Assembly (NCBI GenBank): GCA_030666985.1
Contig: DAOUWT010000002.1
Coordinates: 1 to 38,585, forward strand
Source: Chloroflexota bacterium
GTDB lineage: Bacteria; Chloroflexota; Anaerolineae; Anaerolineales; UBA11858
Direction: 5' to 3'
Length of the DNA: 38,585 nucleotides
The notes beneath the pieces are model-generated. The model made no database searches. It worked only from the letters and a program-made list of their open reading frames with translations, and was not told the origin of the DNA. Positions 8,936 through 16,857 of the stretch are shown here, piece by piece. The translations under genes and the position numbers were made by a program. Every line of letters begins with the position of its first letter. The first letter of the stretch is position 1.

Positions 8936-10153
8936 ATGGGAAACATGTATTTAAATGGAAGTAAATGGAAAATGACCAAACGTCCCCGGCGGAGATCAAG
9001 GCCGTGGTATATTTTCATATTGTTGGCGCTAATTGCCGCCGTAGTGTATGTTAACCAAACGGTTGTGCCCATTACTGAACCATTCTTCATACCAACGGTA
9101 ACTCCTACCACGAACCCTGAGTCTTACACCAACAGAGCCGAAGCCTACTACGAAGAAGGGAAACTTCTCCAGGCTATCGAGGCTTATGAGCAAGCCATTC
9201 TTGCCGAGCCGGCCGATTCCACGCACTATGTGGCCCTGGCGCGAGTTCAAATTCTGGCCGGGCAATACGAAGCAGCCCTAGGGAACTCAGAGCTAGCTGT
9301 ACTGCGTAATAATGAGAACCCTTTAGCTCATGTAGTGAAAGCTTGGGCATTGGACTTCATGGGAGACAGCGTATTAGCAGAAGCCTCCATAAAAACAGCC
9401 CTAGAATTGGCTCCCGAGAATGCCTTCGCTCACGCCGTTTATGCCGAAATTCTCATGGATAATGGAGAATTCGACCAAGCCAGCGCAGAATCTCTCAGAG
9501 CGTTAGAGCTAGACCCCACCTCACTCGAAGCCCACCGCGCCCGGGGGTATGTCCTATATTGGACAGGGAACTACGAAGAGGCCATCACCGAATACAATGC
9601 CGCCATCAACATCAACAACAAAATCCCCAACTTGCATTTGATGCAGGGATATAGCTATTATGCCTTAAACGAGTACGACCAAGCTGTGAAAGCCTTCAGC
9701 CAGGCCAACGCCCTCAACCCCTCCAACCCCGAACCTGATTATGTGATTTCCCGCATCTATCTTTTAGAAGGTCTTTTCAGCCGCGCCGTGCAATATGCGG
9801 CTCAAGCAGTTGAAGATGCCCCTTCTGACCCCAAAATGCACGGCAACCTGGGCCTCATGTACGCCAAAAACGGCCAAAACGCAGACGCCCTGGAGCACCT
9901 TTCTTTGGCCGTCCACGGCGGAATTACGGAAAACGGCGATATCGTCGAAGGAATTCCTCTTTCTTATAAACCACGTGTGATCGAAGTGTTCTCATCTTAT
10001 AGCCTAACCCTGGCCCGCACAAATAACTGTGAAGAGGCCATACCTATTTTTCAAACCATGTTGAGCGAGGTCGGAGAGAATGAAATCGCTGTAGCGAACG
10101 CCAACGAAGGGTTAAGCATCTGTCATGCCAACTTGGAAGACGAAACTCCATAG
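8936..10153 (+). CDS. membrane-anchored TPR-repeat protein
   Basis: The N-terminus is basic ('KRPRRRSRP'), followed by one TM helix, a 'PTVTPTT' linker and multiple 34-aa TPR-like units (for example 'AIEAYEQAILAEPADS' and 'AVKAFSQANALNPSNPE'). The start is ambiguous among 8936, 8945 and 8972. Confidence 0.8.
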   Translation: MGNMYLNGSKWKMTKRPRRRSRPWYIFILLALIAAVVYVNQTVVPITEPFFIPTVTPTTNPESYTNRAEAYYEEGKLLQAIEAYEQAILAEPADSTHYVALARVQILAGQYEAALGNSELAVLRNNENPLAHVVKAWALDFMGDSVLAEASIKTALELAPENAFAHAVYAEILMDNGEFDQASAESLRALELDPTSLEAHRARGYVLYWTGNYEEAITEYNAAININNKIPNLHLMQGYSYYALNEYDQAVKAFSQANALNPSNPEPDYVISRIYLLEGLFSRAVQYAAQAVEDAPSDPKMHGNLGLMYAKNGQNADALEHLSLAVHGGITENGDIVEGIPLSYKPRVIEVFSSYSLTLARTNNCEEAIPIFQTMLSEVGENEIAVANANEGLSICHANLEDETP

Positions 10154-10213
10154 TGAAACGTGAAAACGTGAGGCGTGAAATGTAATCATTCACACCCCGT
10201 GGATTTTTTTGGG

Positions 10214-10302
10214 GAGGGCCCCACGCGGGGGCGTGAGACCAGATTGTCAGACTATATCAGGAAAGGGAGCGTGCGAGGGCCCCACGCGGGGGCGTGAGAC
10301 CA
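10214..10302. repeat. 28-bp perfect direct repeat in a GC-rich non-coding region
   Basis: GAGGGCCCCACGCGGGGGCGTGAGACCA occurs at 10214-10241 and again at 10275-10302. Confidence 0.85.
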
Positions 10303-10541
10303 ACCCCCAGGCGCTAGGCCACGCCCCAGCGTGGCACCCACGCCCCAGCGAGGACAAACCTTGGGGATTGGTGTCCACGCCGGGGCGAGGCTTTACCCAT
10401 CCCCCAGCCGCTAACGCCCACACCAAGTTGGTCGTTGCCCTGAAAACGGCCCAATTTTATTAGGCCGCTTCGCGTACCCAAACATTGAACTGATACCAGA
10501 TTAGTGAAGATTAGCGCAGATTAGCGGATAAAACACCAATT

Positions 10542-11873
10542 ATGGATCGAAACCTTACAGGGAAACGTCCCTCTTTCCGAGACGAAAAGAGGCAAATCAA
10601 TTTCACCCTCATCCTGATCTTGTTGGCTCTAATCATTGGCGGGGTGTGGTTTGCCAACGAAGTCTATAAGCCTGAGGGGCGCTTCGAACCTTTCTTTCTG
10701 CCCACACCTACCGCAACCCGGATGGTAAACACGTACATACAAGAGGCTCAGACCTACTTCGACGCCGGCAAAATCTACGACCCCGATGCCAGGGATGCCA
10801 TTGATGCCTATCGAGAAGCCCTGGAAATGAATCCGGATGATGCCGAGACCAGGGCAGAATTAGCCCGTCTGCTAACATACTCCTCCAGCCTCCTTTCTAC
10901 CCATAACGAGCGTGTAGAGCGTCTCTCTGTTGCCCGGCAAGAAATAGAACAAGCCGCCGCAGACGCCCCCGACAGCAGCAAAGTCCAAGCCATTCGTGCC
11001 CTGGTACTTGATTGGAGCGCAACTTCGATTGCAGCCAATCAGGAAGAACGCCAAAACTGGCTCGCTGAGGCCGAGCAAGCCGCCAACCTGGCCATTACCC
11101 TGGACCCCGACAATGCTCTGGCGCTCGCTTTCTACGCAGAAGTGCTCCTGGACCAGAATCAACTGGGACAAGCTCGAGAACACGCCAAACTGGCCGTTGA
11201 CCAGGCCCCAGAACTGATGGACACGCACCGAGTCTACGCTACCGTGATGGAAACCTATGGAGAGTACCGCTACGCGATCGAGGAATACAAAAAGGCCGTT
11301 GAAATTACTCCCAACCTTACCTTCCTCTACATCCGCATCGGCGTGGTCTACCGCGCCCTAAAAGTATATGAAAGCGCCCTGGAATATTTTGACAAGGCTA
11401 TCACCATCAATAACTCGAATGGGGTCCAAGACCCGCTCCCCTACGTGGCAATTGCCAAAACCTACGTGCGAATGGGGGAATTCTTTGTGGCAGCCCTGAA
11501 CGGCAAAAAAGCCATCGAGTTCAATCCTTATAACGCCAACACTTACGGCCAATTGGGGGATATTTACGTCCGCTCCCGCAACTATGAGGGTGCTCTGCCA
11601 ATCTTAAAATGCGTTGTGGAAGGGTGTACGGCCGACGAGAATGAAGTAGGCGGCGTAGCTGTGGAACCATTGGAGTTGACCAACTTCGAAATAGCCTACT
11701 ACTATGCCCGCTATGGCTCGGTTCTGGCAGCCCTGAGTCGTCCAGGCGCGAATCAATGCCCCCACGCCTTAGATGTGCTTGGGCAATTAGAAGATGTATA
11801 CGGAGGAGACCCCACATTGATGAGCATTGTCGCCGAAAACAGAGCCATTTGCGAATTATTAGAATCTCCGTGA
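10542..11873 (+). CDS. membrane-anchored TPR-repeat protein (paralog-like of 8936..10153)
   Basis: Same architecture as 8936..10153: a basic N-terminus, a TM helix 'FTLILILLALIIGGVWF', a 'PTPTAT' linker, then TPR units (for example 'AIDAYREALEMNPDDAE' and 'ALEYFDKAITINNSN'). Confidence 0.8.
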   Translation: MDRNLTGKRPSFRDEKRQINFTLILILLALIIGGVWFANEVYKPEGRFEPFFLPTPTATRMVNTYIQEAQTYFDAGKIYDPDARDAIDAYREALEMNPDDAETRAELARLLTYSSSLLSTHNERVERLSVARQEIEQAAADAPDSSKVQAIRALVLDWSATSIAANQEERQNWLAEAEQAANLAITLDPDNALALAFYAEVLLDQNQLGQAREHAKLAVDQAPELMDTHRVYATVMETYGEYRYAIEEYKKAVEITPNLTFLYIRIGVVYRALKVYESALEYFDKAITINNSNGVQDPLPYVAIAKTYVRMGEFFVAALNGKKAIEFNPYNANTYGQLGDIYVRSRNYEGALPILKCVVEGCTADENEVGGVAVEPLELTNFEIAYYYARYGSVLAALSRPGANQCPHALDVLGQLEDVYGGDPTLMSIVAENRAICELLESP

Positions 11874-12077
11874 AGAGTAAAACGTGAAACGTGATGAGTG
11901 ATGAGTAAAGCAATCCTCCCACGCTGGGGATCGCCCCACCCATCCCCCATCCCCCACCCGCACCTCACCCGTATGCGGAGGCTCACGTTTCACTCCTCAC
12001 TCCTCACGCAACACGCATCACGCAACACGTTCTATGTCAGAGTTTTGTTAGAATCACATTTATCAGCCCCTCTAAAC

Positions 12078-12106
12078 TTGACTTTCACTTAGAACACAGT
12101 TATCAT
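12078..12106 (+). promoter_or_regulatory. candidate sigma-70 promoter of groEL
   Basis: TTGACT (12078-12083), a 17-nt spacer, then TATCAT (12101-12106). The CIRCE-like element begins about 13 nt downstream. Confidence 0.45.
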
Positions 12107-12118
12107 GTTTTGCGTTGT

Positions 12119-12145
12119 TTAGCAGTCGGGACTCATGTCTGCTAA
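12119..12145. promoter_or_regulatory. CIRCE-like inverted repeat (HrcA operator candidate)
   Basis: The site reads TTAGCAGTC-N9-GTCTGCTAA, against the CIRCE consensus TTAGCACTC-N9-GAGTGCTAA. That is 1 mismatch in the left half and 2 in the right. It lies between the candidate promoter and groEL. Confidence 0.55.
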
Positions 12146-12182
12146 AGTACTGGTTGAGGTATCTTCTCAAAAATAGCGGGCA

Positions 12183-12224
12183 AGACTTCCGAAGTCTAAC
12201 GGCCTTTGAAGACTTCGGAAGTCT
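12183..12224. repeat. 15-bp inverted repeat of the same hairpin family
   Basis: AGACTTCCGAAGTCT (12183-12197) pairs with AGACTTCGGAAGTCT (12210-12224), in the groEL leader. Confidence 0.85.
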
Positions 12225-12339
12225 CTGCCCCGGAATATTGAGAAGACACTGGTTGAGCAACACAAATCCGACCAAGAAAAAGTATCAAAGTGATTTTAAC
12301 TTAGTTTATAAACGTTTTAGTTTGAAGGAGTAGAACTCT

Positions 12340-13998
12340 ATGTCTGGAAAGCTCGTTGTTTTTTCTGAGGAAGCCCGGCGAAAATTGCAAGCCGGCATGA
12401 ATATACTGGCAAAATCTGTCATTACCACTTTGGGGCCAAAGGGCCGCAATGTAGCCTTGGATCGCAGTTTTGGCAGCCCCACCATCACCCACGATGGCGT
12501 GACTGTCGCCAAAGAAATTGAATTAAGCGATAAGTTCGAGAATATGGGCGCTCAATTATTAAAAGAAGCCGCCACAAAAACTAACGATATCGCTGGTGAT
12601 GGCACTACCACCTCCACTTTATTAGCTCATACCATTGTCACCGAAGGTATGAAAAACCTGGCGGCTGGCTTCAACCCCATGCTGCTCAAGCAAGGTATTC
12701 AGGCTGCCACGAAAGTAGTTGCAGAGCATATTACTGAACAGGCTATTGATGTCACCACCAAAGAAGAAATTGCTAATGTGGCTTCTATTTCTGCTCAGGA
12801 TCGTTCCATTGGCGATTTGATTGCTGATGTGATGGATAAAGTTGGTAAAGACGGCGTAATTACCGTTGAAGAATCCAAAACCTTGGCCTTCGAGACGGAG
12901 TACGTGGAAGGCATGCAATTTGACCGTGGTTACCTCTCCCCTTATTTCGTGACCAATCCCGACGACATGGAGGCTGTCATCGAAGATGCGAATGTTCTCA
13001 TTCATGACTCCAAGATTTCTGCTGCCCAGGACATCGTTCCCCTGCTGGAAAAATTGGTTCAGATAGGCAAACGAGAAATGGTCATCATTGCCGAAGACAT
13101 CGACGGTGAAGCTCTGGCTACCCTGGTATTGAACAAACTCCGTGGCATGGTGAATGTTCTAGCAATCAAGGCTCCTGGATTTGGCGACCGCCGCAAGGCT
13201 ATGCTTCAGGACATTGCTGTCCTGACCGGTGCCACCGTGATCTCTGAAGATATGGGCCGCAAATTGGACAGCGCGACCATTGAGGATCTCGGTAAAGCCG
13301 AAAAGGTTATCTCCTCCAAAGACACCACCACAATTGTGGGCGGGAAAGGTGATAACAAGCAAATTAAGGCTCGCATTGAGCAAATTCGCAACGAGTCTGA
13401 AGCTAGCACCAGCGACTATGACCGCGAGAAACTACAAGAACGTCTCGCTAAGTTGTCTGGCGGTGTGGCCATCATTCGCGTAGGCGCTGCCACCGAGACT
13501 GAATTGAAAGAGAAGAAACACCGCGTTGAAGACGCTCTCTCCGCTACCCGCGCTGCTGTAGAGGCTGGCATCGTCGCTGGCGGCGGCGTTATCCTCGCCA
13601 ATGCAGCTTCTTCGCTTGACGACCTGAAAATGGACTCCCCTGACGCGCAAGTTGGCGTGAGCATCGTCCAGCGTGCTCTCGAAGCCCCCATTTGCAAGAT
13701 ATCCGAAAACGCTGGCAAAGATGGCGCCGTGATCTTGGAAAACGTGCGACGCTACCAAAAAGAACAAGGCGATGAGAACTTGGGATATAACGTGCTCACA
13801 GAAGAATATGTGAACATGATCAAAGCTGGCGTGATTGATCCCGTAAAGGTCACCCGCGGCGCTCTCGAAAACGCCGCCTCCATTGCCGCTATGATCCTGA
13901 CCACCGAAGCTCTCATTGCCGATGAGCCTGCAGATGAACCTCAAGGCCCTCCCATGGGCGGTCCCGGTATGGGCGGCGGCTACCCCGGCATGATGTAA
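12340..13998 (+). CDS. groEL: chaperonin GroEL (Cpn60)
   Basis: 552-aa ORF with '[13 protein letters not shown]', 'VAGGGVIL' and the Gly/Met-rich C-terminal tail '[13 protein letters not shown]'. GAAGGAG lies upstream. No groES is present in the 270 nt upstream. Confidence 0.97.
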   Translation: MSGKLVVFSEEARRKLQAGMNILAKSVITTLGPKGRNVALDRSFGSPTITHDGVTVAKEIELSDKFENMGAQLLKEAATKTNDIAGDGTTTSTLLAHTIVTEGMKNLAAGFNPMLLKQGIQAATKVVAEHITEQAIDVTTKEEIANVASISAQDRSIGDLIADVMDKVGKDGVITVEESKTLAFETEYVEGMQFDRGYLSPYFVTNPDDMEAVIEDANVLIHDSKISAAQDIVPLLEKLVQIGKREMVIIAEDIDGEALATLVLNKLRGMVNVLAIKAPGFGDRRKAMLQDIAVLTGATVISEDMGRKLDSATIEDLGKAEKVISSKDTTTIVGGKGDNKQIKARIEQIRNESEASTSDYDREKLQERLAKLSGGVAIIRVGAATETELKEKKHRVEDALSATRAAVEAGIVAGGGVILANAASSLDDLKMDSPDAQVGVSIVQRALEAPICKISENAGKDGAVILENVRRYQKEQGDENLGYNVLTEEYVNMIKAGVIDPVKVTRGALENAASIAAMILTTEALIADEPADEPQGPPMGGPGMGGGYPGMM

Positions 13999-14023
13999 GC
14001 CTGAGTATTTTCTGAAATCCAAA

Positions 14024-14066
14024 ACCCTGGAGCGCGGCCTGCTGGCTGCCTCTGGGGTTTTTTGTT
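14024..14066 (+). terminator. rho-independent terminator of groEL
   Basis: Stem CCCTGGAG...CTCTGGGG (includes two G-T pairs), followed by TTTTTTGTTT. Confidence 0.6.
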
Positions 14067-14106
14067 TGGATTAGTGACTAGGAATCAGGGACTAGGGGAA
14101 CAGGGT

Positions 14107-14360
14107 GCAGAGGAGCAGGGGAGCTGAGGGCTGGAGTCGGATTTGCCACAGGCACGCCTCTGGCGATCCGACTTGGTGCATTAGCCTGCAATTCATTCGC
14201 AGGCGGGGGAACAAGAAAGTAGGGGGCAGGAGGGCAGAGGAGCAGGGGAGCTGAGGGCTGGAGTCGGATTTGCCACAGGCACGCCTCTGGCGATCCGACT
14301 TGGTGCATTAGCCTGCAATTCATTCGCAGGCGAGGGAACAGGAAAGTAGGGGGCAAGAGA
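14107..14360. repeat. tandem duplication of a 127-bp unit, each copy carrying two hairpins
   Basis: Copy 1 is 14107-14233 and copy 2 is 14234-~14360. They differ at only a few positions over the first ~120 nt. Each copy holds a long hairpin AGTCGGAT...GCCACAGG-CACG-CCTCTGGC...ATCCGACT and a second hairpin GCCTGC-N9-GCAGGC. Confidence 0.9.
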
Positions 14361-14452
14361 CTGAAGATTGAAGACTAAGGACAGGCGACTAAAAAGCAGG
14401 AACTGGTAAAATGTGTGTGTAGACCGTCCGCAACCCGCAACTCGAATTTCAC

Positions 14453-15574
14453 ATGGAGGCCAAAAGCAGAATGCAAAAACTCCCCTTGAATACAATCCTA
14501 GAGGGCAATTGCGTGGAGGTGTTGAAACGCTTGCCTAAGGCTTCCGTTGATCTCATCTTCGCCGACCCACCCTATAATTTGCAACTGAAAAACGAACTCT
14601 ACCGCCCGAATATGACCAAGGTTGACGCGGTGAATGATGAATGGGATCAATTTGATTCTTTTGCGGCCTACGATGAATTTAGTGAGGCTTGGCTGCGGGC
14701 CTGCAAGCGTGTTCTGAAACCGACCGGCGCAATTTGGGTGATTGGGACTTACCACAACATCTTCCGCATTGGAAAGATCATGCAAGACCTGGGCTATTGG
14801 ATGTTGAACGATGTTTTGTGGATCAAAACCAATCCCATGCCCAACTTTAGGGGAGTCAGATTCACCAACGCTCATGAAACCCTGATTTGGGCCAGCACGG
14901 GTCAGGGGGCGAGATACACCTTCAATCACCACGCCATGAAAGGCCTAAACCATGACAAGCAAATGCGCTCCGATTGGTGGTTGCTGCCATTAGCAGCCGG
15001 GGATGAACGCCTCAAGGACGAAAACGGCGTCAGAGCACACAGCACCCAAAAACCAGAAGCCCTTCTGTACCGTGTCATCTTGTCATCCACCAATCCCGGG
15101 GATGTCGTCCTTGATCCCTTTTTCGGGAGCGGGACCACCGGCGCGGTCGCTAAGAAACTGCACCGAAAATGGATCGGCATTGAGCGAGAAGCAAAATATA
15201 TCGAATTAGCTCAAAAACGCATTGACGCTGTCCAGCCCGAACCCTTCGACCAGGCCGCTTTTGACGTCAGAAGCCGCAAGAAACGCGTGCCGCGTGTCCC
15301 CTTCTCCACCCTTTTAGAAAACGGATACCTATCCCCCGGTCAAAAACTATACTTCAAGAAAGACGCAGAACGAAGCGCTACCATCAAGCCCAACGCCAAA
15401 CTCCGCACCAACGACGGCTTCGAGGGTTCCATCCACCAGGCGGGGCAACACTTCTCGAACGGGAATCCCTGCAACGGCTGGGAACACTGGTATTTAGAAA
15501 AAGAGGGGGAAATGGTGAAATTGGATCACTTCAGGGAAGCGTATCACTTGGCGAACGATATGTATAATAGATAG
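14453..15574 (+). CDS. ccrM: CcrM-like beta-class N6-adenine DNA methyltransferase (probable GANTC specificity), orphan
   Basis: Motif IV 'FADPPYN' lies N-terminal to motif I 'LDPFFGSGTTGAVA', the beta-class order. 'RFTNAHETLIWAS' and 'HSTQKPEALLYRVIL' are present. The C-terminal domain 'RVPFSTLLENGYLSPGQ...GSIHQAG...CNGWEHWY' is collinear with my recollection of Caulobacter CcrM. No restriction gene is adjacent. Confidence 0.88.
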   Translation: MEAKSRMQKLPLNTILEGNCVEVLKRLPKASVDLIFADPPYNLQLKNELYRPNMTKVDAVNDEWDQFDSFAAYDEFSEAWLRACKRVLKPTGAIWVIGTYHNIFRIGKIMQDLGYWMLNDVLWIKTNPMPNFRGVRFTNAHETLIWASTGQGARYTFNHHAMKGLNHDKQMRSDWWLLPLAAGDERLKDENGVRAHSTQKPEALLYRVILSSTNPGDVVLDPFFGSGTTGAVAKKLHRKWIGIEREAKYIELAQKRIDAVQPEPFDQAAFDVRSRKKRVPRVPFSTLLENGYLSPGQKLYFKKDAERSATIKPNAKLRTNDGFEGSIHQAGQHFSNGNPCNGWEHWYLEKEGEMVKLDHFREAYHLANDMYNR

Positions 15575-15818
15575 TATATTGGTAAACTGGGGAGCGGTAA
15601 ATTGGTGTGGAATGGCATATTAGAAGTGACGTATTGATTAGGCACACATTTAGATTGTCAACAGGGAAAAACATGCCAACATTTGGAGTGAACACTGCAA
15701 TCATTGAAGACGGAAAGATTCTTCGGAATTCTTAGGAAAGGAGGAATGGCTCTGGGAAAACTTGAGTATAAAAAAATAAGGTTCTCTGAGCTATTGTGTG
15801 GTGAGAGGACACAGTACA

Positions 15819-15916
15819 AGACCTGTCAGGTTTCCAAAGACCCTTTTGGGATGAAAAACAAACATGAACTAGCCATTAACTTATCCAAAAATCACCCTTT
15901 AAAACCTGACAGGTCT
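15819..15916. repeat. 15-bp perfect inverted repeat hairpin (AGACCT-GTC-AGGTTT)
   Basis: AGACCTGTCAGGTTT (15819-15833) pairs with AAACCTGACAGGTCT (15902-15916), with a 68-nt loop. Confidence 0.85.
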
Positions 15917-15944
15917 GGATAACCACACAAAACATCAAAGAGCC

Positions 15945-15988
15945 AAAAATTAAACGCCCACGGGAGCGAAACCGTACCCGTGGGCGTT
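15945..15988 (-). terminator. rho-independent terminator downstream of cinA
   Basis: Perfect 12-bp stem AACGCCCACGGG (15953-15964) pairs with CCCGTGGGCGTT (15977-15988). On the minus strand it is followed by TTAATTTTT. Confidence 0.6.
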
Positions 15989-16005
15989 GGTATTTCTGGA
16001 AGGTA

Positions 16006-16773
16006 CTACTCAAGATCCACGATCCACTCATCAAGTATCTCTCGCAATTGTCTCTCGACCTCCGCTATCAACGCCTTGGCCGCTTCCTCGCTTCCCGCTT
16101 TAGCCGTGATGCGGACACTGACCGAATCCCGGTGCGCGGCCAATCCCACTGTGGGGTTCTCCAAACGTTCGAATTCATCAATAAGAACATCTATTTTAGA
16201 TTCCCCGATGCCAACCGTGTGCAGGCTGCGAGTTTTAATGACATCTTTAAGCTCAAAGTGGCTCTGGAGGTATGGCATAACCTTATCCGAGAGCAAGTTC
16301 TTCATCTCGTAAGGGACGCCGGGCAAGGAGATCAGAACCCTGTCCTCTCTCTCTACCAGAAAAGCAGGAGCCGTCCCCCACAGGTTTTCGAGGACTTGGG
16401 CATTTTGGGGAATATAGGCCTGTCGCTTGTTGTTCTCGGTGGGGATGCGGCCAAAGTCCCGGAAGCGGTCTTTGATTTGCTCCCAGAGTGCTTCGTGATA
16501 TTCAGTCTCCACACCAAAAGCCAGGGCAGCCGCCTCCCGGGTGGGGTCATCCACCGTGGGACCCAAGCCGCCCGTGGTGATGACAATCTCCGCGCGGGTC
16601 AGGCTCTCTTTGATGATCTCCGCGATGCGTTCCGCGTTGTCGCCCACGGTTGCGGTGCGGTAGATGTCCACTCCTTCATCGCGCAGGGCACGGGCAATGA
16701 AGCGTGTGTTGGTATCGACAATTTCCCCTAATAAAAGCTCGGTTCCAATGGTAATAATTTCAGCAGTTGGCAT
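16006..16773 (-). CDS. cinA: CinA-like protein, N-terminal molybdopterin-binding (MoCF) part only
   Basis: 'AEIITIGTELLLGEIVDTNT' and 'VITTGGLGPTVDDPTREA' are present. At 255 aa it is too short to include the C-terminal PncC-type deamidase domain of full-length CinA. GGAGG RBS. Confidence 0.85.
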   Translation of the reverse strand: MPTAEIITIGTELLLGEIVDTNTRFIARALRDEGVDIYRTATVGDNAERIAEIIKESLTRAEIVITTGGLGPTVDDPTREAAALAFGVETEYHEALWEQIKDRFRDFGRIPTENNKRQAYIPQNAQVLENLWGTAPAFLVEREDRVLISLPGVPYEMKNLLSDKVMPYLQSHFELKDVIKTRSLHTVGIGESKIDVLIDEFERLENPTVGLAAHRDSVSVRITAKAGSEEAAKALIAEVERQLREILDEWIVDLE

Positions 16774-16857
16774 GGTTTTTCCTCCGAGTGAAGCGTGAAA
16801 CGTGAAGAGTGAAAAACACCTTACGCATCACGTTTCACGTTTTATTTTTGCAGTTTC

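Noticed and set aside
10209-10463. 84-aa ORF between the two TPR genes
   Set aside because: It translates GC-rich direct repeats and hairpins (a Pro/Arg/Gly-rich peptide) and has no RBS.
14078-14495. 92- and 100-aa minus-strand ORFs upstream of the methyltransferase
   Set aside because: They are translations of the 127-bp tandem duplication, with the same peptide 'ELQANAPSRIARGVPVANPTPALSSPAPL' appearing twice. There is no start context.
15673-15735. Possible NUDIX hydrolase N-terminal remnant ('MPTFGVNTAIIEDGKILRNS*')
   Set aside because: It is only 20 codons before a stop. The downstream frames show no Nudix box (GX5EX7REUXEEXGU). It is too short to support a call.
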